Part shown: positions 38,765 to 47,398 of the stretch, one piece after another | Numbering within the stretch: position 1 is the first letter of the stretch | Layout of the letters: each line of letters begins with the position of its first letter | IMG/VR virus record: IMGVR_UViG_3300015245_000040 | Location: 1-62,875 of that record | From: a virus | Taxonomy: Duplodnaviria > Caudoviricetes | Direction: 5' to 3' (one strand) | Length of the DNA stretch: 62,875 nt | Notes under the pieces: model-generated | The model's database searches: none | Told to the model about the DNA's origin: nothing | What the model saw: only the letters and a program-made list of their open reading frames with translations | Position numbers and translations under genes: made by a program

Positions 38765-39270
38765 TTAATCTTCTCATCTTCTATCGAAGTTACCACTGGA
38801 GCTAGATCTTTTTCAGATAGCTCAATATGAACTTGTTGTCCCAGCATTTCTATAAGAACACGCACCCTATCATTAGGTCGCATGCCATCGTATAGTCCAG
38901 TATAACCCTCTAATGGGCCTGTAGCAACTCTCACCTGTTGCCCTTTTTGGAATTTAGTTGGCTCTGGTAACGTAATCAACCCTGCTTTATCTTCACGCAT
39001 TTTTAAATCTTCTATGATCTTATCTGATACAATCACTGGTTTGCTGTCTTGTCCAATCATAATCCTACTCACACCAAATGTCGAATTTATTCTGTGCCAT
39101 TGTTGTTCTATCTGCACAAAAAAATATCTGGGAAATAATACCTTAATTTTAATTTCCTTTCCAACCCTGCTCATGTATTTAGGTAAGTAAGGAACAAAAC
39201 CTTGCCTTTCCAAGTTAATAATTGCTCTGTTCTCATTTCCAGGCTTAGCTATAACAACACTCCAGTACAT
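38761..39270 (-). CDS. NusG/RfaH-family transcription elongation factor
   Basis: NLERQGF, LFPRYFFV, INSTFGV, KOW FQKGQQVRVATGPLEG...RVRVLIEMLG. Confidence 0.9.
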   Translation of the reverse strand: MYWSVVIAKPGNENRAIINLERQGFVPYLPKYMSRVGKEIKIKVLFPRYFFVQIEQQWHRINSTFGVSRIMIGQDSKPVIVSDKIIEDLKMREDKAGLITLPEPTKFQKGQQVRVATGPLEGYTGLYDGMRPNDRVRVLIEMLGQQVHIELSEKDLAPVVTSIEDEKIK

Positions 39271-39377
39271 TTTCCACCTGCCTACATTTGCCCTTTAGTT
39301 TCAGATAACCCTTTAACCTACTAAAAACTAAAGTATAATCAAAAATGGCACAAGTAGCCTGATTTGGAGTCCCCCAC

Positions 39378-39779
39378 ATGCCTGACATCCTTGCCATCCT
39401 TGTACAAGCCCGCGCCCTCATTGCCCGACCTGAGAACTGGTGCATCAAAGTTTTCAATCAAATTAAGTTCGGAGCTTATCCATCATATACAAGTTATGTG
39501 TCTTATTGTTCACGTGGTGCCATATTTGAGGTTCTGGGCATCAAAAACCCACTAGGGGACATGAAAGATGATAACCCCTACTGTTATGAACTTATCAAAC
39601 ATGTGCCTGATCCCTACCCCTTGGCAAGGGATGCTGGTGACAGTGTAGCACACTATAATAATAGTCACACGCATGCTGAAGTCCTACTGATATTTGATCA
39701 GGCTATCGCCCGGCTAAGGGCTGAAAAAGGTGTGGCTGAGTTGAAGAATACTATTTCAAGGATGCTTGAAACAGTATAG
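39378..39779 (+). CDS. Conserved hypothetical protein (DUF6197-like)
   Basis: L..ARALI...W...C..GAI...YN...THAEVL..FD.AI; related to 57691..58068. Confidence 0.65.
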   Translation: MPDILAILVQARALIARPENWCIKVFNQIKFGAYPSYTSYVSYCSRGAIFEVLGIKNPLGDMKDDNPYCYELIKHVPDPYPLARDAGDSVAHYNNSHTHAEVLLIFDQAIARLRAEKGVAELKNTISRMLETV

Positions 39780-39815
39780 GTTTCCAAAAACTAGGGCTGG
39801 TGGGGCAGCCCTTTT

Positions 39816-39890
39816 GCGCGCGTAGCCCAACTGGTAGGAGGCAACAGATTTAAGATCTGTACAGTGTCAGTTCGAATCTGACCGCGCGCA
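39816..39890 (+). tRNA. tRNA-Leu(TAA), short variable loop
   Basis: GCGCGCG/CGCGCGC acceptor, loop TT-TAA-GA, GTTCGAATC. Confidence 0.85.
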
Positions 39891-39913
39891 TCTTTACCTT
39901 TCAGGAACTATTT

Positions 39914-40081
39914 ATGACACCACAGACCAAGGCAAGGCTTTATGCAATAGGAGCTAGTATCAATGCCATACTAGCAACATTGTCAGTTCATTGGATTAAT
40001 AGTTCCGTTTCATATTTCTTTAATGCTATAGCATTTTTAATATGCTCGTTCCTGGCCTTAAAAAACTACCGCTTGCTATGA
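39914..40081 (+). CDS. Small membrane protein (55 aa)
   Basis: AGGA RBS; hydrophobic ORF. Confidence 0.45.
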   Translation: MTPQTKARLYAIGASINAILATLSVHWINSSVSYFFNAIAFLICSFLALKNYRLL

Positions 40082-40090
40082 GGTATAGGC

Positions 40091-40276
40091 ATGACAAAAC
40101 AAAAACCTAAGTTTACAAACGTTAAGTTTCCTTTTCCTGAGGGTGCTACTGTAAAGGAAATTATGAATTGGATACATGGTGATGATATCAGAACCAAAGG
40201 TGATTTGGTTGGTTGGACTGGTTCACCACCTATGCACTTGAATAGGGAACCAGTTGCAACTAATAAAAAGAAGTAA
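40091..40276 (+). CDS. Hypothetical protein
   Basis: 61-aa ORF with GAGG RBS. Confidence 0.5.
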   Translation: MTKQKPKFTNVKFPFPEGATVKEIMNWIHGDDIRTKGDLVGWTGSPPMHLNREPVATNKKK

Positions 40277-40281
40277 GTTAT

Positions 40282-40370
40282 GGAGGGTTGGCAGAGTCAG
40301 GCTGATTGCGACGGTTTTGAAAACCGTTAATGGATAAAACCATTCGGGGGTTCGAATCCCTCACCCTCCT
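40282..40370 (+). tRNA. tRNA-Ser(TGA)
   Basis: GGAGGGT/ACCCTCC, loop TT-TGA-AA, long variable arm. Confidence 0.88.
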
Positions 40371-40393
40371 TCATCACTTTAAAGGGTAGTAAA

Positions 40394-40642
40394 ATGCCAA
40401 TAACTAGCCTAGAACAAATACTTAAGCGGTTCAGCAAGACACGGGATGTTAAACTGTTTGAAGCTGCTGCCAAAGAGCTTGAGGACGGTGCCAAGCAACT
40501 TGAGGGTGCTGCTGCTGAAATAGAGGAATGGCGTAGTTGTGCTAAGTATGATGCAACAATGGAAGGGCCTAAATTCAAGGGCTGGGATATGAGTGCTTTG
40601 GATCGCTGTCGTAAAAAGTTCATTGAAGGAAAGTCTGAATGA
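40394..40642 (+). CDS. Hypothetical protein
   Basis: 82-aa ORF coupled to the next gene. Confidence 0.6.
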   Translation: MPITSLEQILKRFSKTRDVKLFEAAAKELEDGAKQLEGAAAEIEEWRSCAKYDATMEGPKFKGWDMSALDRCRKKFIEGKSE

Positions 40643-41538
40643 GTCCCATGTACCAGGGTATTACACCAATTCATTTTATGAATGATTTTTATGTGAAAAG
40701 GGAGGATTTAGCGTTCTGGTCCTCACTTGATTACCCAAGTGGATCCAAAGTCAGACAATATTTTAATATGGTCAAGGCTTATGTACCTCAACACAGTGTT
40801 CCAGGGCATGCTGCAGGCTACTCAGACCTTTGTTATTCAGACTTGACTTGTTTAGTAGGTTGTTCTGCTAATAGTTGCCAGCAAGTGTATCTAGCAGCCA
40901 CGTCTAAAATTCTAGGAATGAAAGGAATTGTTTACACTGCCAAAAGAAAAATAAGGTCTGAGGCCACACTTTATGCTGAGAATTTAGGATGTGAGATTGT
41001 AGAAGTAAGACCGGCCTATTTATCAGTCATCAGGAAGGCAGCCCGGCAACGTGCCATAGATGAAAAGAATATACTTCAATGGGATAGAAAGGCAGCCATC
41101 CTAGATACTGCTGCTCAATGTGAAAATTTGCCGGCTGATATTCAAAGGATCATAGTCCCAACAGGGTCGGGTTTAACAGCTGCTGGTGTTCTACTGGGTA
41201 TAGCACAACATTTCAAAGGGGATAGTTATCCCAGTGTAGTCATAGTGGCTACTTCACCCATGGCATCTCCTGAAAAGGTTATGCAGATGGCCATGGCAGC
41301 CAATCAGAATAGAATATTTCCAATGTCCCCTTTAGAGTTTATTCACCCCAGTACACCCTATGATGTTCCAGTTATTGAACGGTTACCAGATGGTACGCCC
41401 CTTGATTGTTTTTACGCTGGAAAGGCTTTGAAGTATCTGACTGCTGGTAATATGATTTGGTTACCCGGGTTACGGCCTGTTGTAAGTATGCCAAAAATAT
41501 GCCAAGATGCTTTTCAATCTTGGAAAGGCCCAACATAA
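40639..41538 (+). CDS. PLP-dependent enzyme (fold type II, ACC deaminase/cysteine desulfhydrase-like)
   Basis: YVKREDL...GSKVR, IVPTGSGLTAAGVLLG, LD..YAGKA. Confidence 0.8.
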   Translation: MSPMYQGITPIHFMNDFYVKREDLAFWSSLDYPSGSKVRQYFNMVKAYVPQHSVPGHAAGYSDLCYSDLTCLVGCSANSCQQVYLAATSKILGMKGIVYTAKRKIRSEATLYAENLGCEIVEVRPAYLSVIRKAARQRAIDEKNILQWDRKAAILDTAAQCENLPADIQRIIVPTGSGLTAAGVLLGIAQHFKGDSYPSVVIVATSPMASPEKVMQMAMAANQNRIFPMSPLEFIHPSTPYDVPVIERLPDGTPLDCFYAGKALKYLTAGNMIWLPGLRPVVSMPKICQDAFQSWKGPT

Positions 41539-42041
41539 TGAGAAAACCACGACGTACAATTGCCCCGTTTACACCTGATTTCTTAAGAAATGTTTTGCAT
41601 TATGATGATAAGACAGGGGAGTTTAAATGGTTATCTGGGAGATCGGATAAAATTGGAAAGATAGCTGGTTATGATGGTAAAGGAACTAACCGTTATCACA
41701 TGATTGGTATAGATAGAAACGATTATACCACCTCAAACTTAGCATGGTTTTATATGACCGGTGAATGGCCCCTCCATGAAGTCGATCATATAAACAGAAA
41801 TAAACTTGATAACAGATGGAATAACCTTAGATTGGCCACACACAGTAATAATTCTACTAATTGTGTTAGAAAGAAAAAAAGTGGGTTGCCAAGAGGTGTT
41901 GTCTTATCGCGCGGGCTATATCAGTCACAGATTATGATAAATAAAAAGTGTATCTGGTTAGGCCGATTTAACACGATTGAAGAAGCTCATCAAGCCTACC
42001 TAAAAGCTTCCGAATTCAGAAAAGAATTCTTACCAAGTTAA
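41538..42041 (+). CDS. HNH homing endonuclease with AP2 domain
   Basis: LHYDDKTGEF, VDHINRNKLDNRWNNLR, WLGRFNTIEEAHQAY. Confidence 0.9.
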   Translation: MRKPRRTIAPFTPDFLRNVLHYDDKTGEFKWLSGRSDKIGKIAGYDGKGTNRYHMIGIDRNDYTTSNLAWFYMTGEWPLHEVDHINRNKLDNRWNNLRLATHSNNSTNCVRKKKSGLPRGVVLSRGLYQSQIMINKKCIWLGRFNTIEEAHQAYLKASEFRKEFLPS

Positions 42042-42101
42042 TTGCTGTCAGGGCTATGCCTGAGCAATGTCAGCAAGAATTCAGTGATTGGAAAGGACCT
42101 C

Positions 42102-42341
42102 ATGAAATGTCCGTGGTGCAACAAGCTCATGCAACAGATAAAGGTGAAGACCTTAGCAGGTGAAAGCATAAAGTGGGACTGTAGAGTTGAATCCTGCAAA
42201 GACCTTATCAAGCCTGGAAAGAAAGTAGCTATTACTACTAACTATGATGATCCTATCTACCTCAAAGGAATTAATGTTACGTTCCTTTCACTGAATGACC
42301 TAGAGTTTCATCCTAAAGATCGTTGGATCCAGGTTAAATAG
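42102..42341 (+). CDS. Small Zn-ribbon protein
   Basis: AAAGGA RBS; CPWC...CxxxxC. Confidence 0.55.
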   Translation: MKCPWCNKLMQQIKVKTLAGESIKWDCRVESCKDLIKPGKKVAITTNYDDPIYLKGINVTFLSLNDLEFHPKDRWIQVK

Positions 42342-42354
42342 AAAGTTTAGACTT

Positions 42355-42552
42355 ATGAATTCAAATGATAGAAACTCACCTGAAGGCATGATGTGGGACG
42401 CGCTTGCTGGGAATAAACTAGTCACAATCAAATCTGTAGAACAGTTATCTATTCTAAGAATGGAAAGGTGGGATTATATAAAACAGACCCATAAATTCTA
42501 TTGGAAAAATGACCCTAGTTATTGGTGGGCTAAAACTACTAAGAAGGCATGA
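42355..42552 (+). CDS. Hypothetical protein
   Basis: 65-aa ORF. Confidence 0.5.
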   Translation: MNSNDRNSPEGMMWDALAGNKLVTIKSVEQLSILRMERWDYIKQTHKFYWKNDPSYWWAKTTKKA

Positions 42553-42556
42553 ACCA

Positions 42557-42745
42557 ATGACATGGAATTGGCTGAGTTTATACAAGAATAATAAGACTGA
42601 AGCTGAAGTCTTAGGGTTGGCAGCCATAGCAATTGAATCCTTATTTGTTAAGTTGCAGGGACGTGCTCCCTCTCAACAATATGAAGATGGGTATGCAGAT
42701 GGAATAGCTGCGGCAGCAAAGTTACTCAGGGAAATGATAAAATGA
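42557..42745 (+). CDS. Hypothetical protein
   Basis: ORF coupled to the next gene. Confidence 0.5.
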   Translation: MTWNWLSLYKNNKTEAEVLGLAAIAIESLFVKLQGRAPSQQYEDGYADGIAAAAKLLREMIK

Positions 42746-42933
42746 GACATCTGAGAGTGATGGGTAGACAAGTTGAAGATCCTGAAAACAGGGGTGAGAC
42801 AGCACATTGGATTGCAGCCCCAATGAAGGATGTTGGAACTATTCAACAATTTCATGAAGTTGTTGAGCGTGCAGATGCGGTTATGGAAAAACTACAGAAT
42901 ACAATTAAATATTTGCAGGAAAAGGGTAAATGA
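42742..42933 (+). CDS. Hypothetical protein
   Basis: ATGA overlaps on both sides. Confidence 0.5.
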   Translation: MRHLRVMGRQVEDPENRGETAHWIAAPMKDVGTIQQFHEVVERADAVMEKLQNTIKYLQEKGK

Positions 42934-43811
42934 CTAAATGCCATCTCTGTGGAAATGAATTTAAGCAGCCAGTTCTTCAACAAGGGGGCACTCCAGGTAA
43001 GATTTACTGCAGCAAGAAATGCCGCTCTAGAATGGGGGAATTAAGGAAAAAAGAAAGAATAAAAAAGAGTTGGGCTGATGGGACGAGACGGGATGTGTGG
43101 TTAACAGAACATTATGGAATAACTGAAAAAGAATGGAATGATATCTTTGACAAGCAAGGAAGAGCTTGTGCCATCTGCAAGACTACTAAACCTAAAAGTA
43201 AAGTAGGATGGCACACCGATCATAATCACAAAACCAACAAAGTCAGGGGAATTCTTTGCGAAAATTGCAATCGTGGGCTTGGAATGTATGCTGAGGATAT
43301 ATCATTTTTAAGACATGCGATGGTATACCTTGGAGTACACCAAGGAATACTTAATGCGGAATCAATAGAAAAAGCAGGAATAATCTATCCATTCTTTCCC
43401 AGGTCCAATCAAAACGGAATGACCTTTGGTGTGAGTATGGCTGGATATGATATTAGAATAGATCAAGAATTAGTTCTTATGCCAAAGGATTTTTCATTGG
43501 CATCATCAATAGAATATTTTGATATGCCAAATGATCTGGTTGGCATGGTCTGTGACAAGTCAACACATGCCCGCAAAGGGTTACAAGCCTTTAATACGAT
43601 TATAGAACCAGGGTGGAGGGGTTACCTAACACTTGAATTAGTAAATCATAGTCATAGACCTATTTGGCTAAAGCATGGGGATCCTATTGTTCAAGTTGTC
43701 TTTCAGACTTTAACACAACCAACTGATAGACCGTATAATGGAAAGTATCAGGATCAGAAACGTGGCCCACAAGAAGCTATTCTTGAACCTGTAACAAAGC
43801 GTTGGGTGTAG
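42930..43811 (+). CDS. dcd: Endonuclease VII-type nuclease fused to dCTP deaminase
   Basis: N-half YGIT...Q...CAIC...DHNH...VRGILCENCNRGLG; C-half GYDIRI, DKSTHARKGL, IEPGWRGYLTLEL, YNGKYQDQ. Confidence 0.88.
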   Translation: MTKCHLCGNEFKQPVLQQGGTPGKIYCSKKCRSRMGELRKKERIKKSWADGTRRDVWLTEHYGITEKEWNDIFDKQGRACAICKTTKPKSKVGWHTDHNHKTNKVRGILCENCNRGLGMYAEDISFLRHAMVYLGVHQGILNAESIEKAGIIYPFFPRSNQNGMTFGVSMAGYDIRIDQELVLMPKDFSLASSIEYFDMPNDLVGMVCDKSTHARKGLQAFNTIIEPGWRGYLTLELVNHSHRPIWLKHGDPIVQVVFQTLTQPTDRPYNGKYQDQKRGPQEAILEPVTKRWV

Positions 43812-43873
43812 GTAATAATTGCCATGTATAGCCAGTTAAACTACTATTAATAAAATTAAAAGGCAAAAAATAG

Positions 43874-44149
43874 ATGAAGTTTCCTAAACATGAGGGTGGT
43901 TTAATCTTAACACATAATGATCATAAGTCTTGTTATAGAACAGTTAAGAAAGCTATAGATTACAATGATCCTGGTTACCGGGATAGTGATTGGGTTAGTG
44001 AAGAACAAAAGCAAAAAGCAATAGAAACAAATGACTGTTGGACCTTACAATGGTATCCCAATACCCCAATATCTTTTAATATTCTATCAGCAGCTGACTT
44101 AGAGGTCTTACTTAAGTATGTAGGTGAACATGATGAAAAAGAAATCTGA
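43874..44149 (+). CDS. Conserved phage hypothetical protein
   Basis: HNDHK...WVSEEQK.KAI...WTLQWYPNTP. Confidence 0.7.
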   Translation: MKFPKHEGGLILTHNDHKSCYRTVKKAIDYNDPGYRDSDWVSEEQKQKAIETNDCWTLQWYPNTPISFNILSAADLEVLLKYVGEHDEKEI

Positions 44150-44351
44150 TCTGGATGTATGGTTAGATGATCTAACAGATAGACAGAACCATTTATATAA
44201 GAATGTGCTTCCATGCCCTGAGTGTAATTCCATTCAAGTACAGGTGATAAAGTTTGAAGCCCCAGCCAAATGGAAATGCAGAATCTGTAAACAGGGGTTT
44301 ACACATGAACCAGAAACTTCAGGATCAGATAAAATACCCAGCAAAAGTTAA
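44130..44351 (+). CDS. Small Zn-ribbon protein
   Basis: CPEC...CRIC. Confidence 0.6.
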   Translation: MMKKKSDLDVWLDDLTDRQNHLYKNVLPCPECNSIQVQVIKFEAPAKWKCRICKQGFTHEPETSGSDKIPSKS

Positions 44352-44562
44352 TGAGTCCAGGGTAGAAAAAGAGGTAAGATGGCGTGCTCAGCATACATGG
44401 GATGGACCACCAACAACAATTGGGTGGGTCAGTATCCCTACCTGTTCAAGGTGCGGGTGTGATGCTTCAGAACAGACACCTTGTGAGGCAAAATCATCCC
44501 CTATTAATTTAGGTAACTTTAATCTAAAGGAAAGAAGTCTTAATGATTTGAATTATTTATAA
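44305..44562 (+). CDS. Hypothetical protein
   Basis: ORF with H...CSRC...C. Confidence 0.45.
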   Translation: MNQKLQDQIKYPAKVNESRVEKEVRWRAQHTWDGPPTTIGWVSIPTCSRCGCDASEQTPCEAKSSPINLGNFNLKERSLNDLNYL

Positions 44563-44573
44563 GATTCTTGTTC

Positions 44574-44655
44574 TGTTCTAATTTCAAAAATTCTATATAT
44601 AGAAGATAAATAAAGATACCTATGTACCCTTTTTGTTCTAATTTTAAAAATTTCT
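44574..44655. repeat. AT-rich imperfect direct repeat, 60-nt spacing
   Basis: TGTTCTAATTTCAAAAATTCTA / TGTTCTAATTTTAAAAATTTCTA. Confidence 0.7.
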
Positions 44656-44941
44656 ACTATAGTAGACAGGGGTTCTTACGTATCCGTACCCTGGGCAAGT
44701 GGGTTGTTTTGTTGATACCAAACTCATCCCATGTATACCATTTCCCCTGATAGCCCCCTTACTTGGTATACTATACCAAGCATAGTATAATCATATACTA
44801 TACATATAATATCAAGCATGTGCCTAGCATACATGGCATAGCCATGTCAACCCCATTGACATACATAGCCCTGCGTTGCAGCCACTACAGGCATCATCAT
44901 ACCTAGCACGTGCTGCTATAGCCACCCCCTCATGTCAACCC

Positions 44942-45009
44942 TTATTCACTGGCATGCCAGTGAATAATTAATTGGTCATGGGTTGACGCGTGTTGTGCAC
45001 GTGCTATGT
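44942..45009 (+). promoter_or_regulatory. 26-bp perfect palindrome followed by a putative sigma70 promoter
   Basis: TTATTCACTGGCATGCCAGTGAATAA (44942-44967); TTGACG at 44983, CTATGT at 45004. Confidence 0.55.
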
Positions 45010-45220
45010 AAGGGGTGTTGAGGCAGCCATATAGGTTGCTGGGTTCACCTGATACGGCGGTTGCCCTCACCCGGGGGCAACACGGGGTTGACAGCCCCTA
45101 GCAACGCCGCAGCGCCCGTGCCAACCCGTAAGGGGGTGCATAGCAACGTTATTGTGGTTGACGCCTTCAACCGCATGCGCTGTCAAGTCAGGCAGCGCAG
45201 GTGTGTGAAGGCTAAAAACC

Positions 45221-46375
45221 ATGACCAAAGTTACTGTTGACCATGATGACGTTGACGGCGCGGCCCTGACCCGGGCAGCACTTACCACACATGCCCCTGA
45301 TACGGGCTTGCAGGTGGCCGCTGATGCGGTTGAGGCTGACGGGGCGGGTGATACCGCCCCTGATGATCATACCGCGCCTCAGGGTGACGCGCCGGCCGGT
45401 GGCGTGGCTGACATCATTGCCGCCATTCAGGCGGGTGATGATGCGGCCCTGACGGTTGCGCTTGATGCCACCACAAAGGTGGCTGATGACGCGGCCAACA
45501 ACCCGGCAGTACTGACGGCGGCCAAACCTGCCAAGCAGGTGGGTGAAACCAAAAAGCAGTACGCGGCGCGCATCAAGGCGTGGCAGGCTGAAACGGTCAA
45601 GGCGGCAACGCCTGTGATTGATGCGGTGGTTGACCCTGACATGGCCGCGCACAAGGCGGCCATTGAAGCGGCCAACGTGGCGGTTGAGGCTGACAAGCCT
45701 TTGCCCCGTACCATGCCTATGCTGGTCAGCACACCGGTCATCATGGCCCAACCTGCCACCCCTGTTTGGCCCGGTGGGTTTGACTTGAGCGGTTGGGCTG
45801 ACATGGCCGCTGATACGGCGTGGCAGGGCGGGCTTGCCCCACCCTGCCCTGATGTTGATGCGGTGCATGCGGCGTGTGCCCTGAGTGCGGGTAACCCTGA
45901 CAATGGGGTGCCACGGCTCAGTGAACCCCATACCAAAAAGGTGATGTCAATTGCCTGCTACTTGACACAGGCAATGCCGCAGCACCTTGACCAGTTGAGC
46001 ACTTTCAACGTGTTTGACTGGGGTGTGGCAATGCACATGTGCCGGTCATTGGGGCGGGTATGTGGTACCACGGCTGACAACAAGCAAAATGCCAGCCTTG
46101 ACGCTGAACGGGCCATGCTACTGTCAATTGACCGTGGCCTATCAGTTCAACACCGCTACGGCACCAGCACCAAACGGGGCGTGGTGTACCGCAACCGGGT
46201 CACCACTACCAAGGGGTACCTACTGGTGACACGGTACTTTGACCGCATCAACCGGCCGGTACCGTTGTGGCTGAGTGGCTATCATGCAGCGGTGGCAAGC
46301 TGGCAACTTGAGCACCAGCCCGCCAAGCCTGTTGACGGCATGGCCGCCCTTATGGGCGCGCCCAATACCAAGTAA
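45221..46375 (+). CDS. Ala/Asp-rich early hypothetical protein
   Basis: 384-aa ORF with TGAAGG RBS and downstream terminator. Confidence 0.75.
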   Translation: MTKVTVDHDDVDGAALTRAALTTHAPDTGLQVAADAVEADGAGDTAPDDHTAPQGDAPAGGVADIIAAIQAGDDAALTVALDATTKVADDAANNPAVLTAAKPAKQVGETKKQYAARIKAWQAETVKAATPVIDAVVDPDMAAHKAAIEAANVAVEADKPLPRTMPMLVSTPVIMAQPATPVWPGGFDLSGWADMAADTAWQGGLAPPCPDVDAVHAACALSAGNPDNGVPRLSEPHTKKVMSIACYLTQAMPQHLDQLSTFNVFDWGVAMHMCRSLGRVCGTTADNKQNASLDAERAMLLSIDRGLSVQHRYGTSTKRGVVYRNRVTTTKGYLLVTRYFDRINRPVPLWLSGYHAAVASWQLEHQPAKPVDGMAALMGAPNTK

Positions 46376-46380
46376 AACTC

Positions 46381-46415
46381 AGGGGCTAGCCTTGTGTGAG
46401 GCTAGCCCCTATTTG
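46381..46415 (+). terminator. Intrinsic terminator
   Basis: AGGGGCTAGCCT/AGGCTAGCCCCT then ATTT. Confidence 0.65.
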
Positions 46416-46467
46416 CCTTTTAGCATGCTTTGTCAGGTTGGCAGGGCAGGTGAAAAGGCAAAAAACC

Positions 46468-46653
46468 ATGTGGGCGTTTACTATCAGGCCAAATGTCACA
46501 ACACCCTCACATTTCAAGTGGCGTTGTGACATCACCTGTAACGGTACCGTTACAAATATACATACCTATGACAGTGATATGCTGCGGTTGGCGGTGCAGG
46601 CTGTCATATTATGTGAGGGCTACAACAATCATGACAAGGCAAAAGGGGGCTGA
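46468..46653 (+). CDS. Early hypothetical protein
   Basis: TGAAAAGGCAAAAAACC-ATG. Confidence 0.6.
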   Translation: MWAFTIRPNVTTPSHFKWRCDITCNGTVTNIHTYDSDMLRLAVQAVILCEGYNNHDKAKGG

Positions 46654-46983
46654 AAAGCCCCCTTACTTACACTAGGCTAAGTTGCATTCATAAAAAAGCC
46701 TAGGTTCAAGTGATTTTTGCGCCGGGTTTGCACCATAATAAGTTGTATACAACCCTTTGCGGCTATGTGCTAACCTACTCAATCACGGCACATAGCTTGA
46801 AAGGGCAAATGGCGGCCAAGTATGAAATGCGTAGCACGCGGCCGTAGGTAAAGCATTACCTATTGTAGCATAATATGCTACGGCGCGGGGTACGTTATAC
46901 GCCCTCAGTTAGTACCACGTACCCCAAACCGTAGCATAAAATGCTACGGTTCATGATAATGTACCCCTTTGCGGCCATACGCT

Positions 46984-47031
46984 TCACTTGACTGTCAACA
47001 CTTGACATCACTTGACTGTCAACACTTGACA
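46984..47031. repeat. Perfect 24-bp tandem duplication
   Basis: TCACTTGACTGTCAACACTTGACA x2. Confidence 0.95.
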
Positions 47032-47062
47032 TGTGAGGGCGTATGGCTTGAAAGGGCAAATT

Positions 47063-47266
47063 ATGAATAACCATGACTATGAGGCATGGCTGAACCTGTT
47101 GACCACAGCCATGCAACAGGCTGTCACTGATACCCCGGTGTTTGACCGGGGTCATATGGGTGAGCGGCTGATGCACACTCACTACCCTGACCCTGACGTG
47201 CGGCGGGTATTCAGGCGTTCATACCGCCGCGCCGCCGCTCAGGCAGCTTTTATCAGCCGGGTGTGA
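47063..47266 (+). CDS. Early hypothetical protein
   Basis: TGAAAGGGCAAATT-ATG. Confidence 0.65.
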   Translation: MNNHDYEAWLNLLTTAMQQAVTDTPVFDRGHMGERLMHTHYPDPDVRRVFRRSYRRAAAQAAFISRV

Positions 47267-47398
47267 AACCTGTTGCGGTATAAAAGCGTATACTAACGTA
47301 GTTTATACAACCTGCTACCTTAAGGGGCTAATTAGCCCCCTAGCCCTTTGCGGCCGTAGGTTAACTTAAATTTGACCTACGGCTTGAAAGGGCAAATC

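Larger units (their letters stand above)
46753..47393 (+). repeat. Three RBS-containing hairpins (46753-46805, 46965-47056, 47343-47393)
   Basis: CCCTTTGCGGC...GCTTGAAAGGG base with different but fully paired upper stems. Confidence 0.85.

Noticed and set aside
45212-45936. Long minus-strand ORFs in the island
   Set aside because: Shadows of 45221..46375 in GC-rich DNA; the RBS and terminator support the plus strand.
46753-47393. Possible CRISPR-like array from repeated CCCTTTGCGGC/GCTTGAAAGGGC
   Set aside because: Irregular spacing with genes in between; the repeats are hairpin arms, and there are no cas genes.
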